Of a stretch of DNA of 64,000 bases, positions 13,914-22,706 are shown piece after piece. Made by a program: the position numbers and the translations under genes. The notes under the pieces are model-generated. The model ran no database searches and had not been told where the DNA came from. It saw nothing but the letters and a program-made list of their open reading frames with translations. Origin of the DNA: Nitrosopumilus sp. (GTDB lineage: Archaea > Thermoproteota > Nitrososphaeria > Nitrososphaerales > Nitrosopumilaceae); NCBI GenBank assembly GCA_965224195.1, contig OZ245040.1, positions 800,001 to 864,000 of the forward strand. The letters run 5' to 3'. Positions within the stretch are counted from its first letter, which is position 1. Every line of letters starts with the position of its first letter.

Positions 13914-14701
13914 ATGCCAAAAGCGGGAGCGAAGAGGAGGAGGAGGACGAATTAAAATCAAGTTAAGTGAAGGCAGAAAATGTGTGACATGTATGAGGAT
14001 GTTCAGGTGCAGTACAACTGCATCAAGGCAAAAGAACTGCTCGCCTGCGTGCAGTGAAAAATATCAAAAGGAATACAGCCAGCCCCGAGACAAAGGAGAG
14101 GATAAAAAAATACAACCAGAAACCCGAGGTAAAGGAATACAGAAAAAAATACTATCAGAAACCTGAGACAAAGGAGAGGCTAAAAAAATACTATCAGAAA
14201 CCCGAGACAAAGGAGAGGATGAGAAGATACCGTCAGAAACCCGAGACAAAGGAGAGGATAAAAAGATACAACCAGCTACCCGAGACAAAGGAGAAGATAA
14301 AAAGATACAACCAGCTACCCGAGACAAAGGAATACAGAAAAAAATACTATCAGAAACCCGAGACAAAGGAGAGGATAAAAAAATACAACCAGAAACCTGA
14401 GGTAAAGGAGAGGCTAAAAAAATACTATCAGAAACCTGAGGTAAAGGAGAGAATAAAAAAATACGGCCAGCTACCCGAGACAAAGGAGAGGATAAAAAAA
14501 TACAGCCAGCTACCCGAGACAAAGGAGATGGTGAGAAGATACTATCAGAAACCTGAGACAAAGGAGAGGGTGAGAAGGTACCGTCAGAAACCCGAGACAA
14601 AGGAGAGGATAAAAAAATACGACCAGCGCCGAAAAGAAGAGGCAGCAAAATTTATCTCCTCTGCATCTGCTGCGGCCCCGGCAAATGCCAGTGATCTTTG
14701 A
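13914..14701 (+). pseudogene. Zinc-ribbon + 13-aa repeat protein, copy 1 (frameshifted)
   Basis: Relative to copy 2 (cagcgccccgag) this copy reads cagccccgag. The 2-bp deletion at ~14082 splits the Cys domain (ORF 13984) from the repeat ORF (14054-14701). Confidence 0.75.
14084..14629 (+). repeat. Coding minisatellite, 14 x 39 bp (PETKERxKKYxQK)
   Basis: Units counted directly from the translation. Confidence 0.95.
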
Positions 14702-14740
14702 TAAACCCAAGCCCTGGCCATTTCCCCATTTCTTGGATTG

Positions 14741-14798
14741 ATCCAGAACCAGCTAGGAACGTCAGAATTGTCCAAAATTATCTAAGGACCATCTGGAA
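14741..14798 (-). repeat. 58-bp element, copy B (inverted relative to copy A)
   Basis: atccagaaccagctaggaacgtcagaattgtccaaaattatctaaggaccatctggaa is the reverse complement of 13812-13869 with 5 mismatches. Confidence 0.9.
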
Positions 14799-14906
14799 TT
14801 TATCATAACCAAGAGAGCAGCAGCAGAAAAAATATAATTATGCCAAAAGCGGGAGCGAAGAGGAGGAGGGCGAATTAAAATCAAGTTAAGAGAAGGCAGA
14901 AAGTGT

Positions 14907-15662
14907 GTGACATGTATGAGGATGTTCAGGTGCACCACTGCATCAAGGCAAAAGAACTGCTCGCCTGCGTGCAGTGAAAAATATCAAAAGGAATACAGCC
15001 AGCGCCCCGAGACAAAGGAGAAGATAAAAAAATACAACCAGCGACCCGAAGCAAAGGAATACAGAAAAAAATACTATCAGAAACCCGAGACAAAGGAGAG
15101 GTTAAAAAGATACAACCAGCTACCCGAGACAAAGGAGAGGTTAAAAAGATACAACCAGCTACCCGAGACAAAGGAGAGGTTAAAAAAATACAACCAGAAA
15201 CCCGAGACAAAGGAGAGGCTAAAAAAATACAACCAGAAACCCGAGGTAAAGAAATACAGAAAAAAATACTATCAGAAACCCGAGATAAAGGAGAGGTTAA
15301 AAAGATACAACCAGCTACCCGAGACAAAGGAGAGGCTAAAAAGATACCGCCAGAAACCCGAGACAAAGGAGAGGCTAAAAAAATACAACCAGAAACCCGA
15401 GACAAAGGAATACAGAAAAAAATACAACCAGAAACCCGAGACAAAGGAGAGGCTAAAAAGATACCGCCAGCTACCCGAGACAAAGGAGAGGATAAAAAAA
15501 TACAGCCAGAAACCCGAGGTAAAGGAATACAGAAAAAAATACAGCCAGCTACCCGAGACAAAGGAGCGCAGAAAAAAATACGACCAGCGCAAAAAAGAAG
15601 AGGCAGCAAAATTGGCCTCCTCTGCATCTACTGCGGCTCCGGCAAATGCCAGTGATCTTTGA
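14907..15662 (+). CDS. Zinc-ribbon + 13-aa basic repeat protein, copy 2 (putative nucleic-acid binding; true start probably upstream)
   Basis: The frame is open from 14838 and reads RIKIKLREGRKCVTC...KNCSPAC, then 15 K/R/E/Y-rich repeats and an Ala-rich tail. Confidence 0.7.
   Translation: MTCMRMFRCTTASRQKNCSPACSEKYQKEYSQRPETKEKIKKYNQRPEAKEYRKKYYQKPETKERLKRYNQLPETKERLKRYNQLPETKERLKKYNQKPETKERLKKYNQKPEVKKYRKKYYQKPEIKERLKRYNQLPETKERLKRYRQKPETKERLKKYNQKPETKEYRKKYNQKPETKERLKRYRQLPETKERIKKYSQKPEVKEYRKKYSQLPETKERRKKYDQRKKEEAAKLASSASTAAPANASDL
15006..15590 (+). repeat. Coding minisatellite, 15 x 39 bp
   Basis: Units counted directly from the translation. Confidence 0.95.
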
Positions 15663-15899
15663 TAAACCCAAGCCCTGGCCATTTCTCCATTTCCTGGATT
15701 AATCCAGAACCCCTGATTGAGACAAATATCCCGGGCAGATACAGTCTCGTAAATATATGCCGTATAATTCTGAAACTCTGCACCGCATGCAGAAACGCAT
15801 TGCAAGGTCATTTATTTTCTCATTGTGAATGTCATATCTAATTTTGCACTTTCTGCCAAAGTACTCAAGGTTCAATCTGTAATTTTTATTTGCTGCCGC

Positions 15900-17078
15900 T
15901 TATGAATTTGTTGGGGGATCATGTCTTACTTCTTTGCTTGCAATCCATCTGTTGACTCGCTCCAGCTCGTCTTTTAATACTTCAATCTCTTCAGTTTGCT
16001 TTGTCTCAAGTGTCATAAGGTCAGACTCTGCCTTTTCAGCTCTCACCCTCTCACGTTCTGCATCATCGATGGTCAGATACGGGATTGCCTTTACAAATTC
16101 AGCATAGCATTCCTCTCTAGTAGGTTCTAGATATATTCCATCTAATCCTTTTTTATGAGCCATTAATTTTTCTGCAATGTTGGAATTTACAGAATTTTCA
16201 AGCTTTAAAATTTTGTTAAAACGTTTTCTAAACATATAGACAATGGCTTTATCGTATCTGTATTTTGAGACTTTGACTCGTTTAACCCCTCCTTTTTTAA
16301 TTAATTCTTCTAGTCTATATCTTACGTTTTTGTCTGTCATGTGTTCATTTTTGGCACTTCTGCTATCTACAATTCTAAAAATCGGACTTTCATCATCAAG
16401 TTTTTCATTTTGTAATTTTCGCCATTCAAAATAATCATCTAAAGCTTTTACTGCTTCAGGAGTTAGAAAAACCCAATAACCCTCTTTTGATTCATCATAA
16501 ATCTTAATTGCATAACAATATTTCTTAATTGATTTATCCGTTGGATGAGGCATGGATACCAAATGCTTCATTTTTAATACAGGATCAATTAATGCTCCAG
16601 GTCTAATTCCCGTTGAGGCCAAAAAGTGGACTATTGCTTTTTGTCTTAAAGTTGTTGAGGCCTCAATCATTCGTTTAACTTCATCATCAGTAATTGGCGT
16701 TTTACCTCCGGGTATCCCTTTATCTGATTTGATCTCTTTTTTGATCCTTTTATCATGCCAAATACAATCATTCATAATCAAAAATAATTCGACTCCTGCA
16801 ATGCTGGTCTTTATTGTGCGTCCCTTAGTGCCTCTCTGTTCAATTGAATCAACATAATCTTCTAATAAAATATCAATTTTCTTAGTATCTAATGAAGCTA
16901 ATTTATCATAATCAGTAAGATTATGAAATTTCATAAAATTAAACAAATGCTTCGTATATGCGGCCTTGGTTATCTCTGTGTTAGTCCCTTTCAAAAAACG
17001 CCTATATGATCTAAATTTTTGTGCCTGTTCTTGTGGATATTCAAGCGGAAATAGTCTTTGAACCATTACTTTATTCAA
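15900..17078 (-). CDS. Tyrosine recombinase/integrase
   Basis: LASTGIRPG (catalytic R), YMFRKRF (HxxR-like), AEKLMAH, GIYL (catalytic Y), and a C-terminal coiled coil. Confidence 0.92.
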   Translation of the reverse strand: MNKVMVQRLFPLEYPQEQAQKFRSYRRFLKGTNTEITKAAYTKHLFNFMKFHNLTDYDKLASLDTKKIDILLEDYVDSIEQRGTKGRTIKTSIAGVELFLIMNDCIWHDKRIKKEIKSDKGIPGGKTPITDDEVKRMIEASTTLRQKAIVHFLASTGIRPGALIDPVLKMKHLVSMPHPTDKSIKKYCYAIKIYDESKEGYWVFLTPEAVKALDDYFEWRKLQNEKLDDESPIFRIVDSRSAKNEHMTDKNVRYRLEELIKKGGVKRVKVSKYRYDKAIVYMFRKRFNKILKLENSVNSNIAEKLMAHKKGLDGIYLEPTREECYAEFVKAIPYLTIDDAERERVRAEKAESDLMTLETKQTEEIEVLKDELERVNRWIASKEVRHDPPTNS

Positions 17079-17091
17079 ACACTAATAATAT

Positions 17092-18270
17092 TTAATACAT
17101 ACTATCAGTGTCATTAATTATCTTTTTTTCAAGTCTGTCCTCTAGAGGGATCTCTATGAGATCACCCATTCTTAGATTCTTTAATCCTGCAGCAACGGCT
17201 TTTGCACCTTCATCGTTTTTCTTTAATCCTAGAAGAGACATTAAATACGCAGCACCTGTTTTACCTGCTAGTTCCCCAAATACTATCCTTCGTCTATTTC
17301 CAACTGCTCTAGGGGGGATTGGTTCATAGGCTGCAGGATTTTTTAGAATTGCTGCAAGGTGGGTTCCTGCTTTGTGCTTATAAGCTGATGAACCTACAAT
17401 TGGTTTAGAATCATATGGTTTGATTGATGTGTAATCCTCAATTAGTCTGGATAAATCAAGTAACATGTCTAATCTGAAATCGTTAGGTGATTTGTAAAGA
17501 TACGTTAATGCAACTGCAATTTCTGCAAGAGGAGGAATTCCTGTTCTTTCTCCAATTCCGTCAATCGTAGTATGAATTTGATCTACTCCTGCATCACATG
17601 CCGAAAATGCATTTGCAACTGCAAAACCGATATCATTATGAACATGTGCATCTAATGGAACATCTACAACTTCTCTTACTTTTTTTACAAAATTGTACAT
17701 TCCAATTGGACGTAAAATCCCTACAGTGTCTGGTAAACTGATTCTATCAACACCTGCTTCTTCTATTGCTTTACAAACTTTTAGTAAGAATTCTGGTTCT
17801 GCTCTACTTCCATCTTCAACTGTGAATCTAATTTTCAGTCCATGTGATTTTGCATATTCTACAGTTCCCACTGCTCTTTCAAGTGCTTCTTCTCTTGTGA
17901 TTCTTAATTTATCTTTTAGATGAATATCTGAAATTCCTAAATATGCTGCACACCATTTTGCATCACAATCTAATGAAATGTCTATATCTGATTTGAGTGC
18001 ACGTCCGTGAGAAACAATGTCTGCCTTTAATCCTTGTTTGATGATTGTTTTAGTTGCTTCTTTGTGATCACTTGAAACTATTGGAGAAATTTCAATTTGA
18101 TCAACACCAAAGTAATCTAACATCCATGCAATTTGGATTCTTTGTTTATTTGTAAATGAAACACCTGGGTGCTGTTCACCTTCTCTTAGAGTACTATCCA
18201 ATATTCTAATTTTCTTTGGATTTTTTTCATATGTGTTGTATATGTTTGCATAGTGATTCGGATCTTTCAT
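17092..18270 (-). CDS. Homocitrate/2-isopropylmalate synthase family (DRE-TIM)
   Basis: LDSTLREGEQ, HVHND and GIGERTG motifs; located in the lys cluster. Confidence 0.9.
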   Translation of the reverse strand: MKDPNHYANIYNTYEKNPKKIRILDSTLREGEQHPGVSFTNKQRIQIAWMLDYFGVDQIEISPIVSSDHKEATKTIIKQGLKADIVSHGRALKSDIDISLDCDAKWCAAYLGISDIHLKDKLRITREEALERAVGTVEYAKSHGLKIRFTVEDGSRAEPEFLLKVCKAIEEAGVDRISLPDTVGILRPIGMYNFVKKVREVVDVPLDAHVHNDIGFAVANAFSACDAGVDQIHTTIDGIGERTGIPPLAEIAVALTYLYKSPNDFRLDMLLDLSRLIEDYTSIKPYDSKPIVGSSAYKHKAGTHLAAILKNPAAYEPIPPRAVGNRRRIVFGELAGKTGAAYLMSLLGLKKNDEGAKAVAAGLKNLRMGDLIEIPLEDRLEKKIINDTDSMY

Positions 18271-18387
18271 TACTAATATCGCTGATATAAATTGATGATA
18301 TAAACATATTCGTACTAAGTTCGTTGATAAATAGTAGAAATGATCCTAAATTAGTTTTGAAATTAAATTTTGAAACGAAAGTCGTAA

Positions 18388-18807
18388 TTAGATAATTTTT
18401 CTTAAAATGATGACTGTGTTAGTGTCTACTACCCCTGGAATTTTCCTTAGAGCATCAATGGTGTTATTAATTTCTGCAATGTTTGATGCACTCATTATTG
18501 TTGTAATGTCATATTGACCTGTAATCTCATAAACTGTTTTCACTCCTTCAAGCTTTGCAAGTTTTAATGATACTTTGGATGTCTCTGTTGTAGAATCTAC
18601 TGAAACTAAAACAATTGCGCTAGTTGAATTCTCTTCTCCAAGTTCCAAAGTAAATTTCTTAATTGTTCCACTGTCTACTAAATTCCTAACTCGTCTTCTA
18701 ACTGCAGACTCTGAAAGTTTTAATTTTTTACCAATATCTACAAATGATTCTCTAGAATCCTCTTTCAAATAACCAATAATTTTTTCATCTACTTTGTCTT
18801 TATACAT
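18388..18807 (-). CDS. lysM: Lrp/AsnC regulator LysM
   Basis: HTH (LSESAVRRRV) plus a RAM domain, in the lys cluster. Confidence 0.85.
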   Translation of the reverse strand: MYKDKVDEKIIGYLKEDSRESFVDIGKKLKLSESAVRRRVRNLVDSGTIKKFTLELGEENSTSAIVLVSVDSTTETSKVSLKLAKLEGVKTVYEITGQYDITTIMSASNIAEINNTIDALRKIPGVVDTNTVIILRKII

Positions 18808-19981
18808 TTCTTTTTTCTTCCTCTTCTGTTAGTACAGAATCAAGAGCATGTAAAACTTTTGTTACGTCATCTTCTGATATTACTAATGGGGGGAGAATTC
18901 TGAGAATGTTTCTTCCAGAGTAGAGCATTAAAACTCCTTTTTTAATTAATCCCATCAAAATATCTTTAACTTCAAATTTCATCTCAATTCCTATCATGAG
19001 ACCTTTACCTCTAATCTCCCTAATCATGGAATGTTTCTCTTTTAATTTTTCTAAGCCTTCTCTGAATAGCTTCCCCATCTTATCTGAATTTTCAATTAAA
19101 CCCTCTTCTGTAATTGCTTTAAGAGCTGCGGTTCCTGCTGCACAAGATATTGGATTACCTCCAAATGTTGATGAATGTTCACCTTTACTAATTGAATCTA
19201 AAATATCTGGTCTTACAAGCGTTGCACCCATTGGTACCCCTCCTGCAATTCCTTTTGCAAGACATAGAATATCTGGTGCAGTATTCCAATGATCACAAGC
19301 CCATAATCGTCCTGTTCTACCTAAACCAGCTTGTATTTCGTCAAAAATTAGCACAATCCCTTTTTCATCGCAAAGTTTTCTAACTTCTTGTAAAAATCCT
19401 TCAGGCGCGACAATAATCCCACTTTCACCTTGAATCGGTTCTAAAATTACAAATGCAGTATCATCATCAATTACTGAACGTAATGATTCTATGTCTCCAT
19501 ATGATGCAAAAGAAACTTTCTCTACTAGTGGTGCAAATGCCTTTCTATATTTTGGACTAAATGTTATTGATAATGCCCCAAATGATTTTCCGTGATATGA
19601 TCCTTTCATTGCAACCATTCCTTTTTTTCCTGTAAATTTCCTTGCAAATTTCATTGCAGCTTCAATAGCTTCAGCACCACTGTTGTTAAGATGGACTTGT
19701 GTCAAACCTTTTGGCGCTAAACCAATAAGGAGTGTCAAAAACTCTTCTCTGGTTTTATTGTATAGAGAGCTATGAACTGTAATTATTTTATCAATCTGTT
19801 CTTTGATTGCATCATTCACTCTTTGATTTTTATGACCTACTAATGCTACTCCGTATCCGCCCATACAATCGATGTATTCTTTTCCATCAACATCCCATAC
19901 GTGTGCCCCTACACCTTTTTCAATTGTTACTGGAAATCTCTGATATAGATTTCCCATAAATTGGTCTTCACTCATGTTCAA
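18800..19981 (-). CDS. lysJ: LysW-aminoadipate semialdehyde/acetylornithine aminotransferase
   Basis: Class III PLP motifs FDEIQAGLGRTG and LAKGIAGG. Confidence 0.9.
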   Translation of the reverse strand: MNMSEDQFMGNLYQRFPVTIEKGVGAHVWDVDGKEYIDCMGGYGVALVGHKNQRVNDAIKEQIDKIITVHSSLYNKTREEFLTLLIGLAPKGLTQVHLNNSGAEAIEAAMKFARKFTGKKGMVAMKGSYHGKSFGALSITFSPKYRKAFAPLVEKVSFASYGDIESLRSVIDDDTAFVILEPIQGESGIIVAPEGFLQEVRKLCDEKGIVLIFDEIQAGLGRTGRLWACDHWNTAPDILCLAKGIAGGVPMGATLVRPDILDSISKGEHSSTFGGNPISCAAGTAALKAITEEGLIENSDKMGKLFREGLEKLKEKHSMIREIRGKGLMIGIEMKFEVKDILMGLIKKGVLMLYSGRNILRILPPLVISEDDVTKVLHALDSVLTEEEEKRNV

Positions 19982-20771
19982 TTACCGTACAATTATCATG
20001 TGCAATTGCTGAAGAAATTGGGTTTTCTCTTTGTCCATTTCCAATCAATGCCTCTTTCACTCCCATATCTAATGCTTCAGTTGATGCCAAAATCTTTTTT
20101 TCCATTCCTGGACCAATTTTTGGTCTAATTTCTTTTGCTTCTACTAATGTTAGTTTTGGAACAACTTTGTCATCCATTAATAGTCCATCAACATTTGTGA
20201 TGAATAATACTTTATCACAACCAACTTTACCTGCAACATACGCTGCAGCCCTATCTCCATCAATATTCAAAAATTCTGATTCTTCACTCATTGCTATGGG
20301 TGAGATGACTGGTGTTAGACCTTGCTCTAAAAGTGATATGATAAATTTTGAATTAACTTCTCTAATTTTACCTGTATATCCACCATCAATTGCTTGTTTT
20401 CTGCCTTTTTCATTCATAATGAGTAGTTTCTTTTTCCTATCTGCCTTGATGAGTTTTGCATCTACTCCTGAAAGTCCAATTGCATTAATCCCATTTTTTT
20501 GAAGCATCTGAACAATTGTTTTATTGATTCTGCCTGACATTACCATGGTGAAAATCTCTGCAGTCTCTTTGTCTGTATATCTACTCTTAATTCCACTTGG
20601 TGATGTTACAAATTTTGGTTCTTTCCCAAGTTGTTTACACATTTTGGTAACTTCTTTTCCTCCGCCATGAACAATAATAACTCCTTCACTTTCTGCTGTT
20701 TTTTTAATATCTAGAATTGTTGATGGATGTAAATCGTCTACTACACTTCCTCCAATTTTGATTGTGATCAT
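19968..20771 (-). CDS. lysZ: LysW-aminoadipate/glutamate kinase
   Basis: KIGGS, VHGGG and NIDGD motifs. Confidence 0.9.
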   Translation of the reverse strand: MITIKIGGSVVDDLHPSTILDIKKTAESEGVIIVHGGGKEVTKMCKQLGKEPKFVTSPSGIKSRYTDKETAEIFTMVMSGRINKTIVQMLQKNGINAIGLSGVDAKLIKADRKKKLLIMNEKGRKQAIDGGYTGKIREVNSKFIISLLEQGLTPVISPIAMSEESEFLNIDGDRAAAYVAGKVGCDKVLFITNVDGLLMDDKVVPKLTLVEAKEIRPKIGPGMEKKILASTEALDMGVKEALIGNGQRENPISSAIAHDNCTVIEHE

Positions 20772-20773
20772 TT

Positions 20774-21820
20774 CTAAACAGGAGTTAATGGTGTATATCT
20801 TAGTCCTTCCATTTCATCAAAACCACTCATTACATTCATGTTTTGAATGGCAGAACCGGCTGCACCTTTCATTAAATTGTCTGATGCAGAAAGTGCAATC
20901 AATCTATTGTTATCTTCATCTAAATCAAATCCAATGTCACAAAAGTTTGAACCTACTAAGAATTTTGGATCTGGGAATTTGTACAATCCTTTCTTATCTC
21001 TGATTAATCTAACAAATCTTTCTTCACCGTATGCTTGACGATATATTTTCCATAGTTCTTTTTCTTCAATATCTTTTTTCAAGAATGTGTGATTTGTACA
21101 CAAGATACCTCTAACTACATCTACTGCATGTGGACTCATTGATACACGAATTTTATGTCCTGCAACTTCACTAAGCTCCTGTTCAATTTCACCTGTGTGT
21201 CTATGTTTTGCTGGCTTGTATGGTCTGATTACTCCTGCTCTCATTGCATGAGCTGTTCCTGAACCTGAACCTGCTCCTGATGAACCTATTTTTGAATCAA
21301 CAATAATGTGCTCTTCATCAATAAGATTATTTTTGATTAATGGTGCAAGTGCAAGCATTGATGTAACTGCCATACATCCTGGACAAGAAACTAGTTGTGC
21401 TTTTTTTATTTCCTCTCTATGTAATTCTGGTACTCCAAAAACTGATTTTTCTAAATAGTCTGGATGTGGATGTTCCCAACCATACCATTTGTCATATGCC
21501 TCTTGGTTATGCAATCTATAATCAGCACTCAAATCAATTACCTTGACTCCTCTATCATAGAGTGTTTTTACAATTTCAGTTGCAGTTCCATGAGGTACTG
21601 CGGTAAACACAACATCACATTTGTCTGTTAATTTATCATAATCTAATTCTGAAAATGTCAGATCGGTAAACCCTTTCAAACTTGGTTGGATTCTATGTAG
21701 ATATTCTCCGACATGCTGTCTTGAGGTGACCATTGCGATCTCTACTTTTGGATGATTTACTAAAAGACGAAGTGTCTCCCCACCTACATATCCTGATGCT
21801 CCTACAACTCCTACTTTCAT
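20774..21820 (-). CDS. lysY: LysW-aminoadipyl/glutamyl-phosphate reductase (ArgC family)
   Basis: GASGYVG, CPGC and DNLMKGAAG motifs. Confidence 0.92.
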   Translation of the reverse strand: MKVGVVGASGYVGGETLRLLVNHPKVEIAMVTSRQHVGEYLHRIQPSLKGFTDLTFSELDYDKLTDKCDVVFTAVPHGTATEIVKTLYDRGVKVIDLSADYRLHNQEAYDKWYGWEHPHPDYLEKSVFGVPELHREEIKKAQLVSCPGCMAVTSMLALAPLIKNNLIDEEHIIVDSKIGSSGAGSGSGTAHAMRAGVIRPYKPAKHRHTGEIEQELSEVAGHKIRVSMSPHAVDVVRGILCTNHTFLKKDIEEKELWKIYRQAYGEERFVRLIRDKKGLYKFPDPKFLVGSNFCDIGFDLDEDNNRLIALSASDNLMKGAAGSAIQNMNVMSGFDEMEGLRYTPLTPV

Positions 21821-21848
21821 GATAAGACACCTCCTAAAGGAGTATAAT

Positions 21849-22706
21849 TTATTTTCTTACGTAGTTTAGCGCAAATTCTATCATTTCTTTTGGTATATTT
21901 CGTTGTGCAACTCTTGCCAATCCTTTGAATTCTACTGTATTGTTTACCTCATGTACAACTAGGCCTTTTTCTTCATCTTCCATCATATCAATTCCTAAAA
22001 TTCCACCACCCATGGCTTTTGCTGCTTTTACTGCCATATCCTCCATTTCTTTTGTGATCTCACAAATCTCTGGATCTGCCCCTAAGGCGATATTTGTTTT
22101 GAACCCTCCTGAAGATTTTCTATACATGGCTGCAATAGGATCATCTCCTACTGTGATTATTCTGATATCTCTTGGTGGTCTTTGGATTAATTCTTGTAAA
22201 TAGTAAATTCTATCATGCGGACTGTCTGTAATGTCTCTTATTTCAAAAACTGCTTCCATGGTATCTTTGTCTTTTAATGGCATGACTCCTCTTCCCCAAC
22301 TTCCAATTACTGGCTTGATTACAAGGGGAAATCCTACTTTTTCTAAATTTTCCGCAGCACTCTCACTTGAAAATGAAAAATATGTTTTAGGTGTTGGAAT
22401 ATTATTTTTTTTCAAAAGTAATGTCATAAACATTTTATTTCCACAAATATTTGCAACTTCAAACTTGTTTAGTACTGGAATATCCATAAATTCTAGACTA
22501 GCCGTAAAATGAAGTCCTCTAAAATAACTAACACATCTTTCTAAAACAACATCTCCTAAATCAAAATCTTCTTTTTTACTGTCTGTATTGACTTGAGTGA
22601 TTTTTGCATCTAACATCAATGCATCATGTCCTAGTTCGGTCGCTTCTTTTTGAAGCATCTTTTCTTCTGCTCTTAAGCGGTCAAAAACGATACAAACTTT
22701 TGACAT
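21849..22706 (-). CDS. lysX: RimK-family LysW ligase (LysX/ArgX)
   Basis: ATP-grasp motifs KPVIGSWGRG and HEVN; the ATG at 22706 overlaps the lysW stop. Confidence 0.88.
   Translation of the reverse strand: MSKVCIVFDRLRAEEKMLQKEATELGHDALMLDAKITQVNTDSKKEDFDLGDVVLERCVSYFRGLHFTASLEFMDIPVLNKFEVANICGNKMFMTLLLKKNNIPTPKTYFSFSSESAAENLEKVGFPLVIKPVIGSWGRGVMPLKDKDTMEAVFEIRDITDSPHDRIYYLQELIQRPPRDIRIITVGDDPIAAMYRKSSGGFKTNIALGADPEICEITKEMEDMAVKAAKAMGGGILGIDMMEDEEKGLVVHEVNNTVEFKGLARVAQRNIPKEMIEFALNYVRK

Larger units (their letters stand above)
13863..15711 (+). repeat. Tandem duplication of a ~0.9-kb gene unit (13863-14750 and 14792-15711)
   Basis: Both units start tctggaatttatcataaccaagagagcagcagcag and end gataaacccaagccctggccattt...atccagaacc. 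Confidence 0.92.

Noticed and set aside
14084-15590. Diversity-generating retroelement explanation for repeat variation (many changes at A, for example AAC to AGC/GGC/GAC/CGC)
   Set aside because: There is no reverse transcriptase or invariant template repeat in the window, the unit is A-rich anyway, and non-A changes also occur.
14064-15811. Long antisense ORFs over the 39-bp arrays (PLSRVSGCIFL.. repeats)
   Set aside because: A stop-free repeat unit keeps shadow frames open automatically. The plus frame has a sensible Zn-ribbon, tail and upstream TATA-like sequence.
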